DNA of 64,000 bases from Proteromonas lacertae. Lineage: Eukaryota. The DNA is taken from the NCBI GenBank assembly GCA_002245135.1, contig NGBS01001197.1, positions 1 to 64,000 of the forward strand. Reading direction: 5' to 3'. The notes under the pieces are model-generated. The model saw nothing but the letters and a program-made list of their open reading frames with translations. It made no database searches and had not been told where the DNA came from. The position numbers were made by a program, and so were the translations under genes. Of this stretch, positions 10,041 through 22,143 are shown one piece after another. The first letter of the stretch is position 1; every line of letters begins with the position of its first letter.

Positions 10041-13000
10041 TTACATCATTTGAACTTGGTTTTGACATCCTTCTCCACTAAATCCATCAAAACATTCACA
10101 AATACCTGTTGAATAATTACAAATACCTCTTCCACTACAATCTCGATATTCATCACTTCCTGGTGTTCCATTTGTTGCTTCTTCTGGATCTAAACCAGAT
10201 GGACATTCAATTAAACTACAATCATATCCACGATGTCTTTTATCACATAAACAACCAAATATTTGATCATCAAATTCAACATCTTTATTATCTTCATTAA
10301 TTGTTCGTTTATTTCCATATCCATCATAATCTTTCAATTCTTCATTTGATAATAATTCACTTAAAGCAACACATCGACCATTTCCATTACAATTATTTGG
10401 ACAATCTAATCTTTGACAAGCACTTCCACTAAATCCATCATAACATTTACATATTCCACTTGTTCTATCACATTCTCCTTGACCACTACATTCTAATGAT
10501 TTATGAACTGATCCTTCTGTTGAGAATGTAATTGTTAATGGAGATGATGGTTGTAATGATCGAGTATTACTTAATAATCTTGGAGGTGAATTTGTATAAG
10601 ATATTGGTTTACTTAAAGATAATTCAAATTTACCTTTTTCATTTACTATTACTTTCAATACTTGAGTAGATTGAGTTGTTCCATCGATTAAAAATATCAT
10701 TGTTGTTCCAGCAACCATTAATTTCTTTATTCCATCACTTAGTAAAGATGGAGGATAAGCAATTGATGGAGAATCAGGATTATTCAAATTCTTAATATTT
10801 ATCTTATCTTTAGTAGAATCATTATCTTCTTCTTTATCTGTAAATAAACCTTTTCCTAATATTTGAGTTACACTTCCATCATCATTTTGGATTGTTTTAT
10901 ACTTACTTTCTTCAACATCAGCATATTTACCATAATAATATTCACCATTTTCTACTCTTACAAATTCAAATAATTCACTTGATTGAATTGTAATTGGTTT
11001 TCCTTCTTTATCAGCTAATAAATAACACATATCACCATCTGTTGGAGGATTTGTAAATGTAAATACAACATCACCACTTTCTGGAATTGTAATTGGCGAT
11101 GTTATAAAATCTTTCATCATTTTATTTGGTTTCTCATCTGGATTATAACAAGTGAAGGTTAATGGATCTGTTGGTATAGTAAATCCAATTTCAGTTAATA
11201 TTGATTCATATCCTTTCCATGTTATTCCACTATTCTCAACTTTTGTAGGATTATATAATGACATATCATTTCTTATTGAGATGATATCAGTACAAACAAC
11301 ATCTTCAATGTAATAAACAGATTTTGGTAGAGGTGATGGTGGTGATGATTTACTTTTCATTGGATGATCAAATTGTATATATGATTCTTCTATAACTCCA
11401 TCACTATTCTTTTTATATCCTTTTACATCAGCAAATCCAACTATTGATTTAGGAGTTGGTTTTGCAGGATCTGAATCGATTGTTGTTTCTACATATTTAC
11501 ATTGTAATTTACCACCAAATTTTTGTGGTAATTTTGAGATTAATTCATCAAAGAAATTTGTTACTGTGTATAATTTGTCTGTAGAAGGAATGAGATTAAG
11601 TGTAATAACTTCATTTACTGGAGATACTGAAATAACTCCTGTTGGTTTAGTATTTGTTGGTAATGGAGGAGAAAACTTTAATGTTTTATCACCTGTAGCT
11701 AATATTCTTTCTTTTGGTTGTATTATTGTTGCTTTATGGAAATAAGGAATGTTATCATTTGTACCAACTACTTCAATGTAAATGGTTTTACCAACTTCGA
11801 AATATTCTAAATCATCACTTTGTAACTGACTTTCATCAATTTTGATTGTATTAGTGGTTATTACATTATTTGAATTATCTAATATAAATACAGGAGTTAA
11901 TGTTTCAGGATCTGGTACAACTTCAATTTTACCTTTTTCTGGTTTTTCATATTTACCAAAATAATACTTTCCATCTACTTGTCGAATATAAGAACTTAAA
12001 TCACTTTCCATTAAATCAGTTATACCTTTACCATCACTTGTAGCTGATAAATAACAAATATCACCAACAGCTGGTTGAGATTCTGTTTTAAATGTAAATG
12101 AAACATCTTTACCACTATCAGCTGTAACTGGATTAGTCACACCTACATCTTCATATACTGTAAATACCTTTTCATTCTCATCTCTATAGCATACAAAAAT
12201 AACATTTCCAGTTGTAATAACTTTCAATATATCTGCATATCCTGTCCATGTTAATGAACCAGCAGTAGATATAGGTTGTGGATTGTACAAAGTGAAATCT
12301 TTACGTTTTGAGATGATTTTACTACATTTTACACTACCAATATTAGCAACAACAAATCCAGTTGGAAATTGAATATAACTGTAATAAACATGATTCTTTG
12401 AAGATTTTTCATATCCTTTAACATCAACTACAATACTAACATCTTTATCATTTTCTGCTTTATTATAACTACATTGTAATTTACCACCAACATTTTTATT
12501 TAATTGAGAAATTATCACATCAGCTAAACTATAAACTTTAAATAACTTTGCATCAGCAACAACTGCTTCACCATTTGGTTTTGTATCTTTTGTTGGATTT
12601 GATGAATGCATTTTGATATACGGTAAAATAATATCATTCGCAACTAGTGGAGATAATTTAAATGCTGATCCTGACACATCAGTTATTTTTACTTCTTTCT
12701 CACTGATTTTATTATCAACTAATACATCAACATAAACAACTCTATTAGCAACAACAAACTTAGAATCTAGAGTAATATCTACACTTGTTCCACTATTATC
12801 TACTGTCAATATACCTGATAAAATAATTACTGCATTTCCATTCTCATCTTTCTCTTCACCTGCAGTTCCTGCAATATATTTACCAATATAATATTTATTA
12901 TCTGTATCTTTTGTTGCTATTTCCATTAATTCAGTTTTATCAACAGTTGTTGCAGTTACATTACTATCCATTAAACAATAACAATATGAAGAAGTTGATA

Positions 13001-13931
13001 AATCTTGTGATGATTTACTTAAAATAAAAGTAACTTTATCACTATCACTAGGATTAGAAGCATCAACAGGTTCTGTGTAAGTTGCTGTAGCTGAATATTC
13101 AGTTAATACATTTGATGGAGATGTATAACAAACAAACTTAAATTTATCATTTGTATAAGTAACAGGTGTTGGTTGTTCTTCTAGATTTCTTCTTTCTGAA
13201 GGTTCAACTGGTTGTGTTGGTGGTGGTTGTAATATTCCCAATTCTTTAAATATCACACCATATTTACTCCATGTTAAAGTTCCATCACCTACAGCTAATT
13301 GTCTTGCAGTTGCAACACTACTAATTACATGATTTGGACCATAATAAACCATTGATTTTCTAGATGATATTATTTCATTACATGTAAATGATGTAGTATC
13401 AGCTTTAATAGTAACACCAAACTGTAAATAAACTGTCTTTTTATCATCACTCACTCCAATTACTTCAACTTTTTCATTTGCCATGCTAATATCTGAATCA
13501 CCTTCAACTTTAGTATAGCTACATTGAATATAACCTCCAATTTTAGGTAATGGTTTGAAAAAATCTGTTTCTGTTGTTACTTTAAATAATCCTTTATCAG
13601 CATCAATGGCAGTACCTTCTATTTTCATTTCTGAGTCAGTAAGTTCTCTTTTAGAAGATTGTTTGTTTTCATACAATTCTCTAACAAAATAACCAAAATC
13701 ACTTCCACTACTTACAGGATAAGAACTGCCACTAGCAAATAACGGATTTCCTTCTGGACATTTTAATAAACTACAGTCATTTCCTGTGTAACTCTTTCCA
13801 TCACCAACTCCAGTTAAATCAAAACAAACACAACTTCCATCAATACAACGACCATGCGCATTACAGTTGTTAGGACATACACTTATCACTACACCTAATA
13901 ACAAGCTTATTATGAAGATATCTTTAATCAT
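10041..13931 (-). CDS. Secreted 1296-aa EGF/tenascin-like protein of the stramenopile Sig1/mastigoneme type with a large repeated insert (copy L)
   Basis: Signal peptide; CPNNCNAHGRC..GNDCS..CP; C-terminal ECSGQGECDRTSGICKC..CQRLDCPNNC..GCLCD..DCS..CPSGLDP..CSGRGICN..CEC. Intronless, no obvious TM anchor. Confidence 0.88.
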   Translation of the reverse strand: MIKDIFIISLLLGVVISVCPNNCNAHGRCIDGSCVCFDLTGVGDGKSYTGNDCSLLKCPEGNPLFASGSSYPVSSGSDFGYFVRELYENKQSSKRELTDSEMKIEGTAIDADKGLFKVTTETDFFKPLPKIGGYIQCSYTKVEGDSDISMANEKVEVIGVSDDKKTVYLQFGVTIKADTTSFTCNEIISSRKSMVYYGPNHVISSVATARQLAVGDGTLTWSKYGVIFKELGILQPPPTQPVEPSERRNLEEQPTPVTYTNDKFKFVCYTSPSNVLTEYSATATYTEPVDASNPSDSDKVTFILSKSSQDLSTSSYCYCLMDSNVTATTVDKTELMEIATKDTDNKYYIGKYIAGTAGEEKDENGNAVIILSGILTVDNSGTSVDITLDSKFVVANRVVYVDVLVDNKISEKEVKITDVSGSAFKLSPLVANDIILPYIKMHSSNPTKDTKPNGEAVVADAKLFKVYSLADVIISQLNKNVGGKLQCSYNKAENDKDVSIVVDVKGYEKSSKNHVYYSYIQFPTGFVVANIGSVKCSKIISKRKDFTLYNPQPISTAGSLTWTGYADILKVITTGNVIFVCYRDENEKVFTVYEDVGVTNPVTADSGKDVSFTFKTESQPAVGDICYLSATSDGKGITDLMESDLSSYIRQVDGKYYFGKYEKPEKGKIEVVPDPETLTPVFILDNSNNVITTNTIKIDESQLQSDDLEYFEVGKTIYIEVVGTNDNIPYFHKATIIQPKERILATGDKTLKFSPPLPTNTKPTGVISVSPVNEVITLNLIPSTDKLYTVTNFFDELISKLPQKFGGKLQCKYVETTIDSDPAKPTPKSIVGFADVKGYKKNSDGVIEESYIQFDHPMKSKSSPPSPLPKSVYYIEDVVCTDIISIRNDMSLYNPTKVENSGITWKGYESILTEIGFTIPTDPLTFTCYNPDEKPNKMMKDFITSPITIPESGDVVFTFTNPPTDGDMCYLLADKEGKPITIQSSELFEFVRVENGEYYYGKYADVEESKYKTIQNDDGSVTQILGKGLFTDKEEDNDSTKDKINIKNLNNPDSPSIAYPPSLLSDGIKKLMVAGTTMIFLIDGTTQSTQVLKVIVNEKGKFELSLSKPISYTNSPPRLLSNTRSLQPSSPLTITFSTEGSVHKSLECSGQGECDRTSGICKCYDGFSGSACQRLDCPNNCNGNGRCVALSELLSNEELKDYDGYGNKRTINEDNKDVEFDDQIFGCLCDKRHRGYDCSLIECPSGLDPEEATNGTPGSDEYRDCSGRGICNYSTGICECFDGFSGEGCQNQVQMM

Positions 13932-13981
13932 AATTTTTAAAATACGTTTATAGTCGTTTCAGCTTGTTTGAATATCAAGCC

Positions 13982-14011
13982 ATGTCAATTTATGTCATTT
14001 TATGTCAATAT
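13982..14011 (-). promoter_or_regulatory. 3x TGACAT 10-bp tandem upstream of the EGF gene (copy L)
   Basis: ATGTCA at 10-bp period, 50-80 bp upstream of the ATG at 13931. Confidence 0.5.
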
Positions 14012-14059
14012 TGGTAATTCATTATTTTCTTTTAAAACATCAACAAACATTATTTACAT

Positions 14060-16461
14060 CTATTTATTTTTATTTTTATTACTATTATCTTTTCTTACAC
14101 TTCTTGATGATAGTGAATGACATATTTCTAACACTCTTTCTACACTCTCTTTTTCTTTTAAACACAATATTCCATTCACTATTATTGATGGATTTAATTC
14201 TTCTATTAACACTGATAAACAATTATTACTTCTTATTACATTATCATTATTCTTATATTTATTTAAATATTTCACTAATTCTTTCATTTCTTTTTCATTC
14301 TTATTTCTTTTCAAGTTTATATCATAATATATTTCATATTTCTCTTCTTCTTCTTTTGATTCACTTTTGATTATTATTATTAATTTACTTTCTCGATTCT
14401 CTTTATATTCTTCATTTATTCTTTCTATTAACAATTTCATTTCATCTATTGTATTAAACGAGATAAATGTTAATTTAGATAATAACAATTCATCATTCAT
14501 TTCATTTTCATTTTCATCATTCACTTTTAATGGATTAAATATATCATATATCTCATTATTGATTATTATTAAACTACTTATTGAGATTTCTTCATTCTCT
14601 TCTTTCTTCAACAGATTTTGAATTGAATAATTGATAAATTGATTCATCTCATTATTCATTATTATATTATTCATTTCATTATTCACAAATATAAAACAAA
14701 TATTTCTATCACTTTTCAACATCACTTTCTCTCTTTCTAATAATGAATTACATATTTTATTTCCTTTTCTTATTATATGGTTTATTGAATATATCAATGG
14801 AGTTCTGATTGATGAATTATCTTTATAATAATAGATTTCATTATTATCACTTATTCTTAAATATGGATATTTACTATCTTTCATTTCCATTTCTTTACAA
14901 TATAATATCACTTCCATTTTGTTGGAGTTTATTGATATTGATTCATTCATTCTTTCATCAAATGATAAAGATAATGGAATTGGTGGTGGTGGTGGAGGTG
15001 ATTGAGAAACAAAAGATGAATGAATAGGAAGTGAAGGTGATGAAAATGATGTTTTATTTATTGAATATGGAGATGGAGAAGATGAAGAAGAGATTATTGA
15101 ATTGATGGATTTTTGTAATGATATTTTTAGTATTAAATCATAGATCATTGTTATATCTTTCATTATTTCTTCTTTTAATCCTCTCATCTCTTCTTTTATT
15201 TTTATTTTCTCTTCTTTCATGTTTTTACATATTTCTTTCATTCTCTTTGAATATTCATTTATTTCTTTGTTATATTTTGTTTTTGTCATTATTTCATTCT
15301 CTTTTAATATCTCTTCTTTTTCTTTCACACTTTTTATCAATTCCATTTTTAACTCATTTATCTCTTCATCTTTCATCTTTATATCATTTAACATCTCTTT
15401 ATATTCATCACTTTTTGTTATTCCATTTCTCATTCTCAATTCTTCACATTCTAATATTTTACTGTTTAAACTATCATTCATTTCTTTTATTATCATTTTA
15501 CTTTTCTTATTCTTTTCTTTCAGTTTTTCATTCTCATTTAATAATATTCGATATTCACTTTCTAAACTGTTTAAATTATCACTCAATATCTCATTCTCCT
15601 CTTTTATATTCTCTAATTCTCTCAAATTTTCTTTGTTATTTCCTATTAACTCTTTCATCTCATTATTTTCTTTACTCATTTCTTCATTCTCTTTCATTTT
15701 ATTCTTCAATTCTTTTTCAAATTTTATTATCTCTTTCTATTCAATATATCATATTATTATATTATTATTATATTTATACTCTTAATGATTCATTTTCTTC
15801 TTTGATTTCTTCATTCTCTTTGATTTCTTTCTTTAATTTCATTTTATCATTCTTTTCTTTTTCGATTAGTTTATTCTTATCTTCCATTTCTTTATTTAAC
15901 ATCTCTTTTTCATTCTCATTATTCAATATTTCATTCTTCAATTTCATTATTTCTTTGTCTTTTTTCATTATTTCACTTTCTAATTCATTTATTTCTTTTA
16001 GTAATTCACTTATCTTTTTATGGATTATTTCACTATTGTTTATCAACAAATTCGATATTGTGTTGTTCAATATATCACCATCATTCACTTCTTTACATAT
16101 ACTTCCAATTGGAGGATTTAAGGAAGAAAGAAATGAAGGATTTTCACTCTCAATATCACTCTTTTCATTCTCTTCATTTTTATATTCCATATGACGGTGT
16201 CGAATTAGCCATCCTCGAATTACACTTTGAATCTTTATTATACTTTCTAAATCATAGCTTTTGTTCTTAGATAAAATATTATTCACTGGTTTATATTTGT
16301 ATGATGAAATGTATTTATTGTAAGGCTATTCACATTATTTTAGATTTCATACTATAGCTTTCTTACTCTTAACAACAAAAGTTTCACTTTTCTATTCATT
16401 TTTATTCTCAAAATCATACCATTATCATTGGATATCTCGCAGAACTGTTCAATTCAGTCAT
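14060..16461 (-). CDS. IQ-motif + coiled-coil protein with degenerate C-terminal kinesin-like domain (copy L)
   Basis: IQSVIRGWLIR; long heptads; C-terminal ISISSLIIINNEIYDIF and RSNNCLSVLIEEL..GILCL resemble kinesin motor segments. 5' exons joined through 28- and 27-nt introns. Confidence 0.75.
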
Positions 16462-16567
16462 TTAACTTCTCAATTTTGAATTATCGATTTTTGAAATTTT
16501 GATTCGTTTTATCAAACAAATGATTTGATCAAAATAGAATTAATTAATTCCATTTATTGAAAGATCC

Positions 16568-18154
16568 ATGAACTATAAAACAATAAGATTACCATTATTT
16601 GGTCGAAGTCGATGTGGTCGATTATTGAGTTGTGATTTGACGATAGTAGCTGATCCTCTTTTATATTCAACACCTCCAGTTTTAACAAACTCCTCATCAA
16701 ATGTAACAATGTCATATTCTGACAATTTATCCCTTTTATCGTCCCCACTCTCAACTCCCTTGATTTCACACACTTCTGTTTCCCCAACACCTATAACCAA
16801 TCCAACTCCAATAATCAATCCAGTTCCATCTCCATTCTTTGGTTTACCAGTTCAACATCCAGTAAATAGTTCTTCTTCCTTATTACCTCCTTCTAATCAA
16901 ATATCTGCACCATTTACTAATTTAATGGCCAAACCGTTTACCTCTGGATCATTTTCATTTTGTAACTCTTCTTCTTTGAAGACTGTTAGTTCAACAACAA
17001 CAACAAACAACAATAACAATAGAGAAATGACAATTAATCGAAGAATGGATAGTATAATTCCTATTGAAATGTTAAACAAAATGCCAAAAGTGACAGAAGC
17101 ATGTTTACAAAAGCGATTAAACATGTGTCATAATCGTTTAGTTGGAAATCCTTGTAAAAGTGGTTTATCGTTATATTCGATGTTACACAAAGGAGAAATA
17201 AAGAAACTATTAAATGGTGAAAAAAGAAATCGAAATGGAATGACAATGTTATATGAACAATGTTTTAATTCTTTATCTCCAACCATTCGAAATGAATATG
17301 AAGAAGTAAATAAATTCTTAAAAGAATTATATTCGATCGAAACATCTCAAAGACAAATCAATCAATATGAAAAATCATTGTATATTTATTAATATAATAT
17401 AATAGTGGTTGTGCAGTTGAATTATTTTATAAGAAACATTATTTTGAAAGTTTAAATCAATTGAAGAGAGTTTATTGTAATAATTTAACAATGCAAGAAA
17501 TCGAATATATAATCGATACAATCTACAGATTAGTAAGAAATGAGAGAAGTGTGAAAATCGATTTTAATAAAGTAAAAATTGAATGTGAAAAAGAATTTGA
17601 TTTACATTTAGAAACAATTGATTATCATAATATGTGGCGATATTTAGCTTATGGATTAGAGAATAAATGTGAAGAAGAGAAAGATGTTGATAGTGATGAT
17701 GAAATGATAAATGGTCGATTATCAATTCGAAGTATATATAATAATAATAATAATAATATAATGAATAGATGAACATCGATATTTAAATCATCCAAATAAT
17801 CGTAAAATGAAATATATAAAAGCCTTTAGTGAAAGTAATAAAGTAAAAGAAATTCCTAATACATTAAAATCGTTTGTTTGTGAAGAAGAGAATGATATAA
17901 ATAATGAGATATTAAGAATTCAAAATGAAATGAAAAACACATATAACAATAACAATAAAGAGTTAAATCCTGAAGATATAATAAATAATATAATCTTGCG
18001 AGAGAAAGAGATGAATAATGGATTGAAGATAGAAAGTAATGAAATCTTAAACAAAATGTCAATCGATGGTTTAGTATTTTTGAAAGATATTTGTTATGTG
18101 AATAATATAATAATGAATAGTGATAATTCAAATAGTAGTACAACGAATCAATAA
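16568..18154 (+). CDS. Pro/Ser-rich, HMG-box-like + Myb/SANT-like nuclear protein (copy L)
   Basis: SLYSMLHKGEIKK..CFNSLSPTIRNEYEE..LKELY (HMG pattern); YHNMWRYLAY..DSDDE. ORFs joined by short introns. Confidence 0.6.
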
Positions 18155-18338
18155 TAATGATAAAATATAAATTTGTTTATGAGTGTGTATCTATGAAGAA
18201 AAAAACAGAAAAATCAAAACAATATGTTTGATAGATCAAGCCAAATTCTATTTTGAATTTAGTTTATTTTCTCATCATTGTGAATACTAATCTCGATTAT
18301 CATATTATTATTGTGATAAATAATAGGATTTAGATGAA

Positions 18339-19384
18339 ATGAAGGTAAATGGAGATGTAACTATTAAGTCATACGAACTTAGTGAACTGGGAGATAGTGA
18401 TAAGAAATATATGATTGAATGTGTGAAAGTAATGAAGTGTTTATCGCTTGATGAAATGTTGAAGGTGAGAATAGAAGAGAATAGTGTTTTTGTTGAAATA
18501 CCAAGTAGTAGTGTAAATACTGGTCTAAATGTGAATAAGAATAGAATATTAAAAGAATTATTAAATATGGATGAAAAAGAGTTAATAAATAAGTTAGAAA
18601 AGAATGAAATGAAAGAAAAAGAAAGAAAATGTATAGAAGAAATGATATTGGAAAATGAGAATATCGAAGAAATGGGAAATAGAAATTATATAAATCGAAT
18701 GAAAGAAGATAAAATCTATTTTGATATATATCATAAACTAGATGAAAGAGTTGAGAATTGGTTAAATAATCGATTATCAAGTGAAATGTTATTGAAAGAA
18801 AATGATTTATATATTTATGATAGTATAAATGAAATGAATAATATTTGTAAATAGGCAAATTAATGATGAAAAACAGTGGATTAGAATATGTGTTATGCAA
18901 AATGAGTTGTTTAAAATCAGTCGAAATAATTGATATAAGTAGTATTTATAATAATAATAGTAATAAAATGAAATAGAAAATGAAATAGATGATGATGGAT
19001 TTGAATATTTTTGTGATATGTTTGAAAAAGTAAATAGATTGAAAGAAATAACATTATCTTGTATAAATCTATAACAATATAATATAAAGATAATAAAATC
19101 AGCAGTATTGGAATATCTTATTTTATAAACAAATGTGAATATTTAAGAGAATTGAAAATACTGTCAATTAGAAGTATATAAATATATAAATAAATATATA
19201 TAATGTGAAATAAATAGAAAATAAGATTGATATAATTGGATTTGATTTATTGGTAGATAATTTATGGAAATGTTTAAAAGTGAGTGAGTTATATATAGGA
19301 GGAAATGAAATAGTTGAAGCAGAAGAAATATGTATGAAAATCCAAAATAATCATCCTAACAATGACTTGTGTGTGAGATTATAA
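18339..19384 (+). CDS. RI-like leucine-rich-repeat protein (copy L, open)
   Basis: 3' exons of about 84 nt each encode LxxLxI/LSxNxIxxxG-type repeats; ends NHPNNDLCVRL*. Start uncertain. Confidence 0.7.
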
Positions 19385-19818
19385 ATAATATAAAATATAA
19401 TAACCTATTTATGATGTTTTTTTGTTATTGTTATTGTTTTTATTTAATTTAAAATATGAAATGGGTGCTTAAATATGATGAATATGATAATTGTAAAGCA
19501 TGTAGCAGGGTTTTTATTATCTTGTATAACAAATAAATTGAATTTATGATCATTCATTATCAGTTAAGAGAATGTAAATATTATTCGACTAATTTATGCA
19601 TTTACTATTCATACTTTGAAATTAGTAGTTTATATAGTATTTGTTACTTGTTTTTGTGTTTATTTTTGTGAACTGTATTAATATGTATTTCAGTGTATTT
19701 TGATTGTATTATTCTATTTCATTTGATCCTTCCTTCCTCTCCTCCCTTCTTCTCCATCATTCCCCAAAAAACAAAACGTGAATAATAACAACAAATTTAT
19801 GAAAATAAAAGAGATACA

Positions 19819-20999
19819 ATGAGAAAGAGTTATAATTCCTACTACAAAGATAGTTATGATTATGATGATGGATATTATCACAACAATTATTATTATGGAT
19901 ACAATAGTTACAGAGGAAGAGGCCGTTATTACTCCAGTAAGTATCATCCCCACCATTACCATGATAATTCATATCATCATCAAAATTATTATCATGACAA
20001 TTCCAATCACAGTTCAAATCATTCAAATACCTCATCCAATCAAGAATCTTCTAATTCCAATACCACACCCCCAAATAATTCCTCAACTATTGAAAATAAA
20101 GATACTACTCAAAATAACACAAATATTACCCCCAAAACTGTTAATGACTCAAATCCAATAATTACTCCAATTAAAACTGATACAAAACCATCTAATAACA
20201 ATGAAAATATTAACAATAATGAAAATATATCGGTTACAATATATTCAAATACGTCGAAAACAGCAAGTACTACAAATACAGTAACAAATCCAACTCCTCA
20301 GTCAAGAAGACTATCTGTTAAAGAATTATTAAATTCAGTCGCATCTTTACAACCTCCTGCTAGTAATGAAGAGCCAAAGACAGAATACAATCGTATTTCT
20401 GTACAAAATTTATTAAATTCTACTCAACAAGAAAATAATAAAGAACAAGCTACACAAATTAATATTACACAGCCAATTATACAACAACAGCAACAACAAC
20501 AAGAAGAAACTTTACCACTAAAAGAGAAAGTAGAAGCAAATTCAATATCAAATCCAATTACAACAACAGCAACTGCTACTAATACTATAGAAACACCAAT
20601 AGTAAAAGAAGAAATAAAAGTAAGTGAAATACTGAAGAAATTAAAAAGGAGAATGTAATACTTAAAGATATACAATTACCAAAATTAAACATAAATTCAC
20701 CTTCTTATCAACCAAAAACTATCCAACCACAATTACAACAACCACTACAAATGTTATCATTAAATAGTACAGAAAAAGACATACCCAACGGTTTAGTAAC
20801 ACAAATAGAACAATTATTTAAATTTCATGATAGAGAAAACTGTGGATATTTATACATAGAGGATGCATTTAATGCAATAACAAGATTTTTACCAACTGTA
20901 CCTCCTGTGAAAATAGAGAGTGAAATTTATAGTTATGAATGTATTCTATTGCCAGTATTTTTAGAGATAATTAAAAGTTTAATTGGTAGTACTATCTAA
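19819..20999 (+). CDS. Low-complexity Tyr/His/Asn-rich protein with C-terminal EF-hand-like domain
   Basis: ORFs 19819-20658 and 20751-20999 join by a frame change near 20620-20648; FKFHDRENCGYLYIED is an EF-hand-like loop. Confidence 0.55.
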
Positions 21000-21159
21000 A
21001 TAGAATGTTTTTCCCCTGATATTTGTATGTTGTATAGAGTTTAAAATGAGTTTTTTATTTTTATCCGAAAACTGAAAGACCGAATTAGTTTTATTTTCAT
21101 CATTTTCTTTGTTTTAAAGACAAAGAAAAACATAAATCAGCATTATAATATATTTATCA

Positions 21160-21989
21160 ATGAATGCACTTCCGTAAAATGATAGTCTACAGATCAAAAG
21201 CTGTTCAACTTCTGTTGTTAATTTCAGGAATACTATTAGTATGTGTATATCCATTATAATATACAGATTGTATTTTTATGCAATTATACAGATCCTCTGT
21301 TGGAAGAATGCTTCAAAAGACACCCAAAGAAAGATAAATTAACAAGAAAGAAACTAATAACATATAGGTCTATGTACTTAGTATATAAAAATGATTTATG
21401 TCTTTTAGATGTTAACAGTTTTCAATTATTGTGTTTTATCTCACTTACAAGAAGATTCTTTCCTCTCGAAGTTCATATTTTTCTATTGTTTTGTCCAGAG
21501 TTTGTGTAGGTCGTTAATAAACGTAGTAATCAGACATTGTATATTAAATTATTACAAATTTAAATAGTGAGAGAAATATTTCCTTGGCCAGCCTGTGGTA
21601 CTAACAATTCAATATCAGGTCATACATATTTGTATATTATAATGCTTCTAATTAATAGTTATTATTATCATATTTTAACATCTATTCATATTACTGAGTT
21701 TACTGATAATACTCCATACTCTTATTATATATGTTTGACATTTCAAATATTTTTATCAATGTGGAAAGTTACAGAAACTTATTTCCAAGGATTTCATAAT
21801 TTAAGACATATGATAATGGGAATTGCATTTGGAAACTTTGGTTTTGTGATTATGGCGTATTTAAGTGAAATATATTACACACTTCTCAAGCCTTGGAAAA
21901 AGAAATTTACTATAACTTTCTCGATTATTACTTTTTATACAGTATTTGAGGAGATTGTATATGCTGCAGGATTTATTATAATTAAGTAA
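21160..21989 (+). CDS. PAP2-superfamily membrane phosphatase-like protein (5' exons uncertain)
   Basis: SISGHT (PSGH-like) and YFQGFHNLRHMIMG (C3 His motif); several hydrophobic helices. Confidence 0.6.
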
Positions 21990-22143
21990 AGTTATTTATA
22001 TATTTATTTTAGTTTTTAACTAATTTTGTTTTTTAATGATTGAATTTCATCGTAGGTTGAACTATAAAGAAAATATTAAAACAACATTTCAATTACCATA
22101 TAAATTTTACTGTTATAAACTAAGAAGAATAGCATATACAAGC

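Larger units (their letters stand above)
1..19467. repeat. Left arm of a giant inverted duplication (runs off the window start)
   Basis: Reverse complement of base 1 onward matches 42513 downward. Homology ends at ...AAATGGGTG (19467), which pairs with CACCCATTT (24964). The ORF track shows mirrored, near-identical ORFs. Confidence 0.97.

Noticed and set aside
15118..16194. Long Phe/Leu/Ser-rich ORFs resembling membrane proteins (also 28626-29317, 48483-49100 and others)
   Set aside because: Antisense shadows of GAA/AAA-rich coiled-coil exons.
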